From positions 106,416,995 through 106,480,994 of the forward strand of contig JASCQW010000061.1 in the NCBI GenBank assembly GCA_030264375.1: 64,000 bases of DNA, written 5' to 3'. The notes below the pieces were generated by a model. The model saw only the letters and a list, made by a program, of their open reading frames with translations, was not told the DNA's origin and did not search any database. Source of the stretch: Carcharhinus longimanus. Taxonomy: Eukaryota. Each line of letters starts with the position of its first letter. Within the stretch, counting starts at the first letter, position 1. Made by a program: the position numbers and the translations under genes. This document shows positions 49,101-62,115 of the stretch, one piece after another.

Positions 49101-49949
49101 TGCACTCAGGAGAGCAAACTTCTACTCTATATATGATTGGAATTGAAAGACCATAAAAACATAAGATTTAGAAGCAGGATGAGCCTCTAGAGCCAGCTCT
49201 GCTACTTAATAAGGTCATGGTTGATCTTCTATCTCATTTAATCCTTTCTGCACTGACACCATTTCTCTTGTTTCAAAGACTATCTGTCATGCTGACCAGA
49301 CATGAGAATATTGCAAATTCTTAAAACTGCAGTTTCTTTTTAAACATAGATATAGGTGGACTTTTAAAATGATGACCAGAGATCACCTGACTTTTGGAAC
49401 TGTAAGAGTTGACGAAGCTTCTGGAAGTTTCTAAAAGTGGATTACAATGAATACATTGTGGAATATCACACATCCTGTTGTCAAAACTCACTCAAACAAC
49501 AAAGACTTACATACAGCAAGGTAGTCTGACCTGAATAGAAGCTCCAGAAGCAGAGATGCAGAGGAAAATTCACCAGGAAGAATCTCCAAAGAAAGGCTTG
49601 GAAGCTGAAGGCAAAAATCTAAAATTTCTCATTGCAGCAGAGGACTACATTGATTCTACTTTGGAAGTCCAGCTTCTAATCCCACAGATGTACTAGGGTG
49701 AGCTATTTTTTTAAAACTCCAGGCTACAGCAAGTTGTGGGAAATGTTTAAATAATTTAGAATCAGAAGTGCAGTTTTAAAAAAATAATTACTCAGGGAGA
49801 ATTGCAAGACCATATGGCCCACACCCAGGGGCAGTCCAGTGTTAGGCAGAGCCATGTATACCAACAAGCATGGAGGCAGCTCCTAGCTTGTAATCTTTAA
49901 TGTATATTTGTAAATGGTTCTAAGAGTCGATAAAGACGTACAATTAACT

Positions 49950-51000
49950 TACATATGACAATACTGACTTCTTCCCAAACTGTATCCAATAAAAGGAACA
50001 TGGACCATCAGCAACAGTAGAATTGTATACAACCACAATCTAATTTCAAGGCCTGGCATATCCTCCACTCTACCATTAACACCAAATGGACAGATCAGCC
50101 CTGATTCAATGAAACAGTGCAGGAGAGCATGTCAGGAGCAGCAGCAGGCATTCATATCTGATAAAGGACTGCTTGCGTGCTAAATAGCATTAGCAGCATG
50201 CACAGAGCTAAGCGAACCTACAGCTAATGGATCAGAGCCAAATTGTGCCAGCCGCAGTGCCAGAGGACTGCCTGGGCATGTCCCTCTCCCTGGGGGCTAT
50301 ACTTAGCATTGTACCTCTGGGGTGATTCCCTCAAATGAATCTTGTCTTGTAAAACCTATTGCAAATGTCATGTCATGAGGTTTCAATATTCAGTGAGGGG
50401 CGGAGTGGAGGGACTGGATAATAATATTAAAATTTATTCAAATCCATTAAAATGAGGTTCTTGCCCTTTGTGGGTGTGAATCTTGTGACATCACTGGTGA
50501 GGAAAATTGGGAAACACAATTGATAGAGAGAATTGCATTTCCCAATTCGAGATATTCCATCCACATTGGTGAATCTGCCATTTGCTAACATGAGCACTAA
50601 GTGGCCCTCATTAACTCCCTCCATCACTGATGCTCAGTAGCAACTGTGTGTACCATCTGTAAGATGTACTGCAAGAACTCACCAAGACCCCTTAGGCAGC
50701 ACCTTCCAAATCCACGACCCTTACCATCTAGAAGGACAAGGGGAGCAGATTCATGGGAAAACCACCTGCAAATTCTCCTCCAACTAACACACCATCCTGA
50801 TTTGGAACTATCTCGCCATTCCTTCACTGTCATTGAGTCAAAACCTGAACATCCTTCCTAACAGCAGGGTTGGTGTACCTACACCACACAGACTGCAGAG
50901 TTCAAGAAGGCAGCCCATCACCACCTTCCCAAGAGCAATTAGGGATGGGCAATAAATGCTGGCCTGGCCAGTTACATCCATATCCTGTGGAAGAATAAAT
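49950..51000 (+). mobile_element. CR1/L2-group LINE 3' part with nested MITE fragment (~50250-50560)
   Basis: CTICKMYCKNSPRPLRQHLPNP; 3' end gttcaagaaggcagcccatcaccacc...gggcaataaatgctggcc. Confidence 0.75.
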
Positions 51001-51131
51001 TTTAATAATTCTAAGTAGTGTATGATTCAATGTCATATTTAACCACTGATAATGAGTTATCTAGCCAAATACTAGAATTAGTAGTAGTATTACTATATTA
51101 CTGCATCACTATAAGTGGAGTTATTTCTCAT

Positions 51132-51238
51132 TATAGAATCACAGAAACCCGACAGTGCAGAAACAGGCCCTTCGGCCTATCGAGGCTGCACCTACCACAA
51201 TCCCACCCAGGCCCTAACCCCATATCCCTACACATTAT
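51132..51238 (-). mobile_element. HE1 SINE tail
   Basis: acagtgcagaaacaggcccttcggcctatcgag...acaatcccacccaggccct. Confidence 0.8.
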
Positions 51239-51917
51239 GTAATCCATAAATTGCAAAGCTGTGCCCCTTAATCCCTTGAAGTGTCACATTAAAATATGTT
51301 TTACTGATCTTTACAAATGATATAGATTCCTAAATGACTGATTCTGAAATTTATTCATTCCTTACATATGTGAAGAATTCATTTAACATATCCATCATTA
51401 CCAAATAATTTCTACATAATGTAATTTATAATAAACTGATTTGATTTTTGAGATGCCTTCTAATTATACCATGGAAACATTTATTTCAACCTTTCCTGTT
51501 ACTATCTGCAATTTGCCACTGTGACTGTGGATCAGTTGCCTTGTCTCTGATTCTCTCTCCTGTGGTCAATGTTGGTAGATAAACACTGCCCTATCTCTTC
51601 ATATTAATACACTATCAAGCTGTCCATGTTCATATTTTCTGAAATTTGGAATTACTTTGAATGAAACTCAATAAAATATCATAGTTTGTTAATTACATGT
51701 ACACTCTGTAATGGGGATACATTTAACAAGTTTCTGTCATTGTGCTATAGAGAATATATAAATGTCTCTGTTGGACAACTAGTTTCAGGAGACTTTGTTA
51801 CTTTATTTTAAAGAAATAATACTAGTGCATTTAATTATCACACATTGCAAGTTGGAATTAGGAAAAGTAAATCAAAGACAGTTGACTTCTTGGATGACAC
51901 TCATGCTTTTTCGTTAG

Positions 51918-52012
51918 AAATGTTGAGCCATCCAGGAGATGGCTCGTTGCAGATTTCTTTATGCTTGGTGGATATATAGAGAAACTTGGGTGGAGACACT
52001 CCATTATGATAG
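51918..52012 (+). CDS. Candidate coding exon (first of three phase-compatible exons)
   Basis: ctttttcgttag acceptor, g|gtatgt donor; NVEPSRRWLVADFFMLGGYIEKLGWRHSIMI. Confidence 0.25.
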
Positions 52013-53194
52013 GTATGTTTTCAAAGCCGAGCATCTAAATTGAGTAACTACACAAGGAAGTAAAGAGCACAGAGAAGAGCTGCAGCCCCCATTCTTACCA
52101 GTGCTCTGCTGCAATCCCTCCCACACCAAGGACAGATAACTAACAGCTTTATTTTTAAACTGACTGAAGGAAAAAATAAATTGTAAAACTTCTTACAGTA
52201 TTATGTCTGCTACTGTATAGTATATGTTTTTTCTTGCTTCTGTTTGACCACTGTAAGGACCATAATCACATTTTACAAGATTGTCCTAGTCTGCAGACAC
52301 CTTATGCAACTTAATGCCTGGTATTAATGAAACAATTAGTTTGAACACTTCTTAAAAATCCTTCTAGGCTCTTGATGTTTTCTGAATATGGAATTTCGTT
52401 TTAGGTTATTTTACTCCCTCTTTCTGGGAGTTTGCACCATGCAACACACTTAGCTCAGAGGTTTGATGTCCTCCCAGATTACCACTATGGCTGGTGTCAA
52501 TGCAACAATTGTGGTGTGTGTGTTAGTTGTCCAGTGTGACTTTATCTTTGATTATTCCTTTCCTAGCTGGCAAAGTATTTGAGCTCCACCATCTTGTTGC
52601 AGGTGAAAGGCCAAAAAAGGGCAAACACATATGTTACCAACACTCTGCTTCCTTCTCCCTGGGGGTTGAAATTTTTCCACTGAGGTGAGAAACGAGAACC
52701 AGGTGTCTTTCAGGACCGGGATCCACCTCCAGTGGGAAACTGATTAAAGCTTAGATTAACTTAATTGAAATGGAGACCAGTTTCCTTCCAATTATGAGGT
52801 GATGAAAAAGGTATGGGAGCCTCCAGGGTGAGCGCAAAGCCTCTGGGAAGATACGCTCCCTCCATTGGCAGTAAATGATTGGATATCCTAGGCTGCACTT
52901 TCCATGCGTGTATTAACACAGGAATTTCAGACTCCCTTCCATGTCAGGCCTCTCAACTTGGGCCAGATGGGTTTAGTTTAAGTGTTCCTAAATCAGGGGA
53001 TCCCTGAAATTCATGGCATCCTGACAAGCCCCTTGTGCTTTGAACAGTAGCTGACCACCTCATTGTGTAACCTCACACTATCTGCCATCATTTCCTCCTC
53101 CTCTCTCACTTCTTGCTTTTCCCTTGGCACTTTCCAAGGCCACACCAAATTCAAGGCCCACCTCTCTGGAGGGCTATGTCATGAAAAACACAGC

Positions 53195-55260
53195 AGAATT
53201 AGGAGGGATAAAAAGAGCATGAAATATCTTTAACAAACAGGATCAAGGAGAATGCTAAGGCTTTTCATGCATAAATAAGAGCAAGATGGCAGCAAGAGAA
53301 AACGTAGACTCACTCAAGGACAATGGAGGGAAATTTAGGCGTGGAACCACAGGAAGTGGATGAAATCCTTAATGAGTACTTTGGATCAGTATTCATCAAG
53401 GAGAAGGACGTGATGAATGTTGAGGCCAGGGATAGGTACATGAATGCTCAAGAGAACGTCAGTAAATCAAAGGAGGAAATGTTGAATCTCCTAAATTGTA
53501 TTGAGATAGACAAGTCCCCAGGGCCTGATGAGATATACCCCAGAATACTGAGAGAGGCAAGGGAGGAAATTGCTGGGGCCTTGAGANNNNNNNNNNNNNN
53601 NNNNNNNNNNNNNNNNNNNNNNNNNNNNNNNNNNNNNNNNNNNNNNNNNNNNNNNNNNNNNNNNNNNNNNNNNNNNNNNNNNNNNNATAGACAAGTCCCC
53701 AGGGCCTGATGAGATATACCCCAGAATACTGAGAGAGGCAAGGGAGGAAATTGCTGAGGCCTTGAGAGAAATCCTTGTTTCCTCACTGGCCACAGAGGAG
53801 GTCCCAGAGGATTGGAGAATAGCCAATGTTATTCCTTTGTTTAAGAAGAGTAGCAAGAATAATCCAGATAATTACAGGTCAGTGAGCCTTACACCAGTGG
53901 TAGGGAAATTATTGGAGAGAATTCTTCAAGACAGATTTATTTCCACTTGGAAATAAGTGGACATATTAGTGAGAGGCAACATGGTTTTATGAAGGGTAAG
54001 TCGTATCTCATTAACTTGATCGGGTTTTTCAAAAAGCGACAAAGATGATTGAGGGTAGGACAGTGGATGTTGTCTACATTGATTTCAATAAGGCCTTTGA
54101 CAAGGTCCCTCATGGCAGACTGGTGCAGAAGGGAAGTTGCGTGGGATCAGAAGTGAGCTGGCAAAGTGGATACAAAACTGGCTCGGTTGAAGAAGACACA
54201 GGGTAGCAGTAGAAGGGTGCGTTTCTGAATGGAGGGCTGTGACAAGTGGTGTTCCTCAGGGATCAGTGCTGCGACCTTTGCTGTTGTAATATATATAAAT
54301 GATTCGGAGGAAAATGTAACTGGTTTGATTAGTAAGTTTGCGGATGACACAAAGGTTGGTAGATTTGCAGATTGCAATGAGGACCATCAGAGGATACAGC
54401 AGAATATAGATCGGTTGAAGACTTGGAGGGAGAGATGGCAGATGGAGTTTAATCCAGACAAATGTGAGGTAATTCATTTTGGAAGGTCTAATACAAATAG
54501 GAAATATATAGTAAATGGCAGAACCCTTACGAGTATTGATAGCAAAGGGACCTGAATGTACAGGTACGCCGGTCACTGAAAGTGGCAATGCAGGTGGAGA
54601 AGGTAGTCAGGAAGGCATACAGCATGCATGCCTTCATCAGCTGGGGCACTGAGTTTAAAAATTGGCAAGTCATGTTGCAGTTTTATAGAACCTTAGTTAG
54701 TTAGGCCACACTTGGAATATAGTGTTCAATTCTGGTTGCCACACTACCAGAAAGATGTGGAGGCTTTGGAGAGGGTACAGAAAAGATTTACTAGGATGTT
54801 GCCTGGTCTGGAGGGCATGAGCTATGAGGAGAGGTTGGAGAAACTTGATTTGTTCTCACTGAAACAAATGGAGGTTGAGGGAAGACCTAATAGAAATCTA
54901 CCAGATAATGAGAGGCATAGGCTGAGTGGATAATCAGAGCTTGTTCCCAGGGTGGAAGAGTCAATTATGAGGAGGCACAGTTTTAAGGTGTGACAGGAAG
55001 GTTTAAAGGAGATGTGCAAGGCAGATTTTTTACACAGATGGTAGTGGATGCCTGGAACTTACTGCTGTTGGAGGTAGTGGAAGTGGATATGGTAGTGGCT
55101 TTTAAGGGCCGTCTGGACAAATACATGAATAGGATGGGAAAGAGGGATATGGTCCCCAGAAGGGTAGGGGGTTTTAGTTCAGGTAGGCAGCATGGTCAGT
55201 GCAGGTGTGGAGGGCTGAAGGACCTGTTCCTGTGCTTTAGTTTTCTTAGTTCTTTGTCTT
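53195..55260 (+). mobile_element. CR1 ORF2 (RT) through 3' UTR, frameshifted
   Basis: KSPGPDEIYPRILRE, EDWRIANVIPLFKK, ISKFADDTK, ALERVQKRFTRMLPG. Confidence 0.95.
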
Positions 55261-55774
55261 CAGTGATGAGGTCACAGATGTCTTCAGTGCTAAGTTCTTT
55301 GTTGAGGCCACCAGCCCCACTTCTCTCTCCCAAGTCTGTCTGATGCCTGGGGTTCTGTCCTTTCTGCAGAGAATGCTGCTCCTTATCACCACTGGACTCT
55401 GAAACCTGATGGTTGTGTCCCCACTGCTTTTCCCCAGGTGGAAGCCCAATTATCCCTTGCAAACATTTCTCCTGCTTTTCTGCCCTGGTGTGCCAGAGAG
55501 GTGAAGACTCTATTCATTGCACAAGCAGAGTGCCAACTCCACTCCTTACTAAGTATCCTTACTAAATACTCTATTCCCCTTTGCTCTGCTGTCCCTCTTA
55601 TGGGGACTGGATGAGTTCCTGGGACATCCATCACTGACTCCCCACACTGTACTCACTTCCCCTTCAGCTATTCTGCTATGGGCAGCTCCTGAAACATGTC
55701 TGTCCCCATCAAAATCCTATCCTCCAATGCTATTAAGCTCTTAATGAGCTTTTTAAAACTAAAGACCTAAAGTT

Positions 55775-56185
55775 GTAGGTCTTATGAGGAAAGGTTGAGG
55801 GAGCTGGGGCTTTTCTCTTTGGAGCGGAGGAGGATGAGAGGCGACTTAATANNNNNNNNNNNNNNNNNNNNNNNNNNNNNNNNNNNNNNNNNNNNNNNNN
55901 NNNNNNNNNNNNNNNNNNNNNNNNNNNNNNNNNNNNNNNNNNNNNNNNNNNNNNNNNNNNNNNNNNNNNNNNNNNNNNNNNNNNNNNNNNNNNNNNNNNN
56001 NNNNNNNNNNNNNNNNNNNNNNNNNNNNNNNNNNNNNNNNNNNNNNNNNNNNNNNNNNNNNNNNNNNNNNNNNTGGAGCACACCAGAATGACAGGGAGTG
56101 GGATAGCTTGATCTTGGGATTGGACATAGCTCGGCACAACATTGAGGGCCAAAGGGCCTGTAGTGTGCTGTACTGTTCTATGTTT
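55775..56185 (+). mobile_element. CR1 3' end spanning a gap
   Basis: LRELGLFSLERRRMRGDLI; tail gggcctgtagtgtgctgtactgttctatgtt. Confidence 0.85.
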
Positions 56186-56559
56186 TTTTTAAATGGGGAT
56201 GTGAGTGGGATTCCTGTCCTATCTATTCCCCTGCCCTGATGAACGTTGCCAGTGCCAAGAATAACGTGTTGAAAATGACATGCCAGTTGACATTGATATT
56301 TTTGGACCCCAGAAACCTTCCACTCCCACTCACGTTAATGGGAGTCGATTAATGTTGTATACAGCATAATGTGAAAGGTGTAGACAGTCACCTAAGGAAT
56401 TAGATCATTTGGAGGTAGAAGCATGGTACTGTGAGGCAGATGAGATGGCACAGTCACAGTAGGGGATGCAGCTACATGCTGTTTGACAGTGGTTGAAAAG
56501 TTATGGAGGAGCTATTGGATGGTCTAATTGGGGTAACCAGAAAGTCAAAGTGTATGTGG

Positions 56560-57060
56560 TCATAGTCATAGAGTCATAGAGATTCACAGCATGGAAACAA
56601 GCCCTTTGGCCCAACTTGTCCATGCCGTCCCTTTTTTTTAAACCGCTAAGCTAGTCCCAATTGCCCGTGTTTGGTCCATATCCTTCTATCCCCATCTTAC
56701 CCATGTAACTGTCTAAATGAGCTTTTTAAAAGACAAAATTGCACCCATCTCTGCTACTACCTCTTGCAGCTTGTTCCAGATACTCACCACCCTCTGTATG
56801 AAAAAATTGCCCCTCTGGACCCTTTTGCATTTCTCTCCTTTCACCTTAAATCTATGCCCTCTAGTTTTGGACTCCCCTACCTTTCGGAAAAGATATTGAC
56901 TATCCAGCAGATCTATGCCCCGCATTATTTTATAGACCTCTTTCAAATCACCCCTCAGCCTCCTACACTTCAGGGAAAAAATTCCCAGTCTTTCCAGTTT
57001 CTTCTTATAACTCAAACCATCAAATCCCGGTAGCATCTCAGTGAATCTTTTCTGCACTCT
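56560..57060 (-). mobile_element. CR1 3' end (same family as 4422-4866)
   Basis: ORF 56713-57057 QKRFTEMLPG...RGNFFIQRVVSIWNKL; tail catagtcatagagtcatagag. Confidence 0.9.
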
Positions 57061-57619
57061 ATTTTGGCTGGTCTTGAGAAGGGAAGGAGTCAGGTCACAA
57101 AGGGGATGGGGACATCGATATTAAAGCATTTGGGGAGAGGACAGGAATATTAGTACACACAACAATAGGGTCAAGAGTAATGGTAGGGTGGAAGAGGGAG
57201 GGGGTGTGGATGGTGACAGAAAGAATAGGAATTAGGAGGCGGTGACTAGGAAGGAATATGGGAGAAACTTAGCATGTGATGGGGCAGGTTGGAAGTCAAT
57301 AGCACAGTTGGAAAAACAAGCTAATAAAACTGAATGGCAGGGATCTCAAGGCACGTGGGAGGATTTGTGCACAACCATTTTGGACCAGTGGAAGGACATT
57401 CTATAACTGTCTTATTCAAACCATGGAGAGCATGGTTGAGCTGAGTGCTAGCACGAGGGTCTCATGCACAATGAGTGATCTTGGCTCCTTTTCTAATGGT
57501 GCATATTCAGGCGACAATCCATTACGTTCTACGTGTGGTATTGCATGTGGTCTTAACTGGCACCTGGTCCTCATACAGGCATGCCAGAATGGATGAACAT
57601 CCAAGAATTAATGACCACT

Positions 57620-58130
57620 TTTACAGCAACTTTTACAGATGCATCAAAGAAAGTATTCTTTCTGGTTGTATCACAATTTGGTATGGCTCCTGCTCTGTCC
57701 AAGGCCTCACGAAACTACAAAGAGTCGTGAATGAAGCCCAGTCCATCACTCAAACCGGCCTTCCATCCATTGACAATGTCTACACTTCCCACTGCCTTGG
57801 AAAAGTAGCTAGCACAATTAAGTACCCCATGCACCCTGGATATATTCTCTTCTACCTCTTTTGTCGGGGAAAAAGATATAAAAGCTTGAGTATACATATC
57901 AACCAACTCAAGAATAGCTTCATCCCTGCTGCAGTCAGACTTTTGAATGGACCTACCTCGCATCAAGTTGATCTTCCTCTACACCCTACCTGTGACTATA
58001 ACACTACATTTTGCACTCTCTCCTTTCCTTCTCTATGAACGATATGCTTTGTCTGTATAGTGAGCAAGAAAGAATACTTTTCACTGTATACTAATACTTG
58101 TGACAATAATACATCAAATCAAATCAAATC
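57620..58130 (+). mobile_element. Rex1/Babar LINE 3' end
   Basis: [20 protein letters not shown]...LKNSFIPAAVRLLN; tail atcaaatcaaatcaaatc. Confidence 0.85.
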
Positions 58131-58639
58131 ACTTCTGCTGTAAGCCCTGCAAGCCTCCATTTTCCCAGTGCCTTGGTCACTGCATTCAAGGCACCACACT
58201 TGCAGTCAGGACAGAAGTACAAAGTCTGGGTATCCATTCTTGTTTAAAGGCCACTGGATGACAACCGACTCAAAGCTGACTATTGCTCCTAGGATAGGGG
58301 TCTTTGGACCCAAACAAACATTGTTAATGCGCATTTACATCTGAGGAGACAGATCAGCAACCTGTGGTCGTCCAGGGTGATATCATCTTTCCTGGGGTGG
58401 CCCTGGTATGTGATGTGCACTCAGAAGGGAATGTCAAGGGCTGGAGAATGCATAGCTGTCTTGTATATGGAGGAACACAAATCAATGGAAGATAACTTTG
58501 CTCAATTGCATCAGTTCACAGAAACAAGGACAATGCAAGCTGTAGGCAATCCTGCTTTCTTTACAACTTTAACGTGAATGAGGAGAAGGACCCATTGTCA
58601 TTTGGCACAGCTCGGAGAAGACCAAGAATCAGCAGGGCC

Positions 58640-59720
58640 CAGGAAGAAAGGTCCAGATGCTGAAGAGGAGAGACCAAATCTATTAAAATATTTGGTGTGA
58701 CTGAGAGTCACCAAAATATGCAGTTCACACTGTCTTTCACTCATTTCCATGTGGCATAGATGCATTCACTTGTCCAGGGATATGGTAGCTCATATTTGCC
58801 ACATTCTTCATGAGGATCTTATGCCACAAGAACTTGGAAGGCATCCAATGCTGGTTACACTCAAGGTTACTGCTGAACATTTTTGCAAACGGATCTTTCC
58901 AGGCTGTACTGGGGAACCTTGGCAGAATCTCACAATTGGCAACACAAATGCATGGGGAGGTGGTGGGGGGAGGGGGGTGGAGTGGTGGTGACTGATGCCC
59001 TTTTCAATACAGTGCACCAATACATGCAATTCTGCATGGATGGAACAAGCCAGGCTGCCAGAGTTGTGGAATTCAAAGCAATCTCAGTTTTCCTGCAAAT
59101 GCAGGGCGACATCAATTGCAAATGTGTCCTTGTGAGCTCCCTGGCAGCTGTCTGTAAGATTCATGAATAGAAAAGGGTTTCACTCTTTAAATACCTAGCT
59201 AATCCATGATCACAGAAAATGATCATGCATCTTTGTGCTCGGTACCTAGAGTTCCTATGATTCTTACATTTTGAGTCACTTGCAGGTGCCACAGATCTTT
59301 AGGAGTCTTTGCCACGTGGAGAGTTGGCTTCTTTCCTAAAGACATGACTAATGATGCCCATTTGACATCCACAGAGTGCATCTGAGGAGAGCTACAATTC
59401 AGCCAGAGCAGACAACTGGTCTCTTAAAGATACGTTTCAGATGTTTTGATTGATCAGGCAGACATCTCCAACACACACCATACAGAATGTTCCGCATCAT
59501 TGTTGTTTGCTGTGTCCTGTATGACCTAGCGCTGCAACGGGGAATGTTTTGCCACAGGGAGACATGGAGTGCTAAGTGTTTCCTTGCATGGCGAAAATGT
59601 TGAAGATGATAAATTTGAAGAGTCAAGGAATCTGATGAGCCACATGAGGATACCACTGCACTGCATCATGCAGAAGGTATGCCCATGACATCTTCCTAGC
59701 TACATGATTTCAGGAGGAAT
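58640..59720 (+). pseudogene. PIF/Harbinger (HARBI1-like) DDE transposase pseudogene
   Basis: LSRDMVAHICHIL, LNIFANGSFQ, VTDALF, QGDINCKCV (GAIDCTH-like), NRKGFHSLN, LKIRFRCFD, RIIVVCCVLYDLALQRG; many frameshifts and stops. Confidence 0.9.
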
Positions 59721-60394
59721 AATGTGATGGCGAGTTGATATAAGCACTGTTCTCCTCACACGTCAACACCAGGGAGACAATAAGACCTTTATTGTTACCC
59801 TCAACATTTCATTGATCACAAAATGATAGTGGAGGAAACATAAGTCACCTTCAACCCTAATGATTAGGACCATTCTTGGAAGGCACAATAGCCTTGGGAT
59901 TGTGTGTCTGCTGTGTCATGGAATAACTTTTTATTAGCACACATCCTTAAGCAACTACACATTGTTAGTCCTTTCAACCTTGGTGCAAAACAACAGTGGC
60001 CATGGCAACCTACAAGAGGCAGAAATGCTACTGCACATATTGTTGCACTTGTGCAGATATGATAGGAGCTTAGCAAGACAGGTCTAAGGAAAAACATCCA
60101 TCAATGGTTATTGCTTGATGGAGCTACATCCAAACAGCACAATCTTTCCAAATGCCAGCCTCCTTGTACGATTAATGCAGAGGGTGCATTTTAAAACTGA
60201 GCCCTAAGATGCCATCAGAAATCAGGATGCAACAATGTGTCACACGAAAGAATGGACACAAAGCAGCAAGTTATGTCAACACTGTACTCCCAGAGGTTCA
60301 GCACACACTACCCTGGATAGAGGTCCCTATATTGGACCTCCCTGATCCTCGCACATTAAGCGTAGACTAAAATCATGAATAGGTCACTGAGGCA

Positions 60395-61000
60395 ATGGGA
60401 CGGCGGCGCAGGCTCGTTGGGCCGAAGGGCCTGTTTCCCGTGCTGTGTTGTTCTTTGTTCTACCCTACGTTCATCGGAGACCTGCCAACTTTACATCCTG
60501 ATTGCTTTGATATCAGCCAAGGTTCCCCAGTACAGCCTGGAAACATAGAAAAACTACAGCACAATACAGGCCCTTTGGCCCACAAAGTTGTGACGAGTTT
60601 GTCCCGACTTTAGAGATTCCAAGGCTTACCTATAACCCTCTATCTTACTAAGTTCCATGTGATAATCTAAAAGTCTCTTAAAAGACCCTATCGAATCCGC
60701 CTCCACCACCNNNNNNNNNNNNNNNNNNNNNNNNNNNNNNNNNNNNNNNNNNNNNNNNNNNNNNNNNNNNNNNNNNNNNNNNNNNNNNNNNNNNNNNNNN
60801 NNNNNNNNNNGGCTACCTCGTTAAATGTGTTTAAGTCACGGATAGATAGATTTTTGACCAATGAGATAATTAGGGGTTATGGGGAACAGGCGGGTAAGTG
60901 GAACTGAACCACTATCAGATCAGCCATGAGCTTACTGAATGGCGGAGAAGGCTCAAGGGGCTAGATGGCCTACTCCTGCTCCCACTTCTTACGTTCTTAG
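60395..61000. mobile_element. CR1 tails: + (60395-60461), - (60543-60710), + (60811-61000)
   Basis: CR1-type tails; last ends cctactcctgctcccacttcttacgttctta. Confidence 0.8.
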
Positions 61001-61559
61001 GAGCAGTTGCAGAGGGTCACTATCAGATTCTGCAGTGGCCCGGTCTTCAGCAGTCCTCCAAGTGTCAGAAACCGTGGAACCACCGCTTCCAGATGTTGTG
61101 GACCCTGCCTATCCCACCACGAGATTCAATGAACTCCTCACTGATACATAATTGATGGGCTGAAAAGCAGCGATCTAGCATGAAAATCCACTGTGCCACT
61201 CAATGCGGATCATGACTTTCTGCCTGCCACCGCACACAGTCTCCAGAATGGAAAATTCCACCCTCTTTTTAAATCCTTGAAAATCTAGTATTACATATTG
61301 GCTTTTAGGCGGAGGCAGCTGCTGATTTCTATGATCTGAAAATGTACACGTGCAAAGCCGACCTGGATGCATTCCCACCCTTTAAGAAATGATAGTGCCA
61401 CGTTCAGTAATGAACTTCAGTACTTAGGCCTCTTTTGCCATTTTTGCCATGCTGTCTGTTGATTAGCCCTGCTTTCGCCACCCGTGTGGGCAGTCATTAT
61501 CATTTGCTGTGTAAACTTCTTCTTCATAATTCACAGCCATTTCTTTTCAAATAATTTTC

Positions 61560-62115
61560 ACTTTGTTTATTGCTTGTTTCTCTGACAGGATTTTTATTGT
61601 CTCTTTTACTTTGTTCAGCTTCATTGGTGAACTTCATTGAAAAATTGTTAAATCTCCATCACCTTTCAGTTCTAACAAAAGGTCATTGACCTGAAACATT
61701 GGCTGGAATTTTATATGCCTCATCCACCTTGGTAGTGGTCTGGCAGGTGGGGAGGACGTACAATTACATGACAAGGCGAAGAGGTGCCATGCTTATTGCC
61801 CACCCATCTCCACTGTAATTTTGCCTATGGGTCAGTAGGTGTTGTGATGTAGAGATGTTTACCTCACTAGGTGTTGGGCAGCCCTGCCTGCCTTTGGGCC
61901 CATTGAAATGAATATATAGTTACTTAATGGCCTCCCCTCCCACTATTACTTTTTTCTACCAGCCAACTTTTCAACTGATGGCAGGACCATTGTTTCCATA
62001 AATAGTTCCGCCTGTTAACTCTGCTTCCCATCCATAGATGTTGCCTAACCTGCTGAGTTTTTCCATAATTTTGGTTTTTATTCAGATTTCTATCATCTGC
62101 AGTCTTTTGCTTTTG
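61560..62115 (+). mobile_element. Penelope family B 3' terminus split by a MITE (~61701-62012)
   Basis: gacctgaaacatt | ggctggaattttat...atagttccgcc | tgttaactctg...acctgctgagtttttcca. Confidence 0.6.

Noticed and set aside
53506-53767. 81-bp direct repeat (53506-53586 and 53687-53767, one mismatch)
   Set aside because: It flanks a 100-N gap exactly; most likely overlapping contig ends or haplotypes, i.e. an assembly artefact
58640-59720. Host HARBI1 gene
   Set aside because: Multiple stops and frameshifts and a degenerate catalytic motif; a transposon fossil, not the domesticated gene
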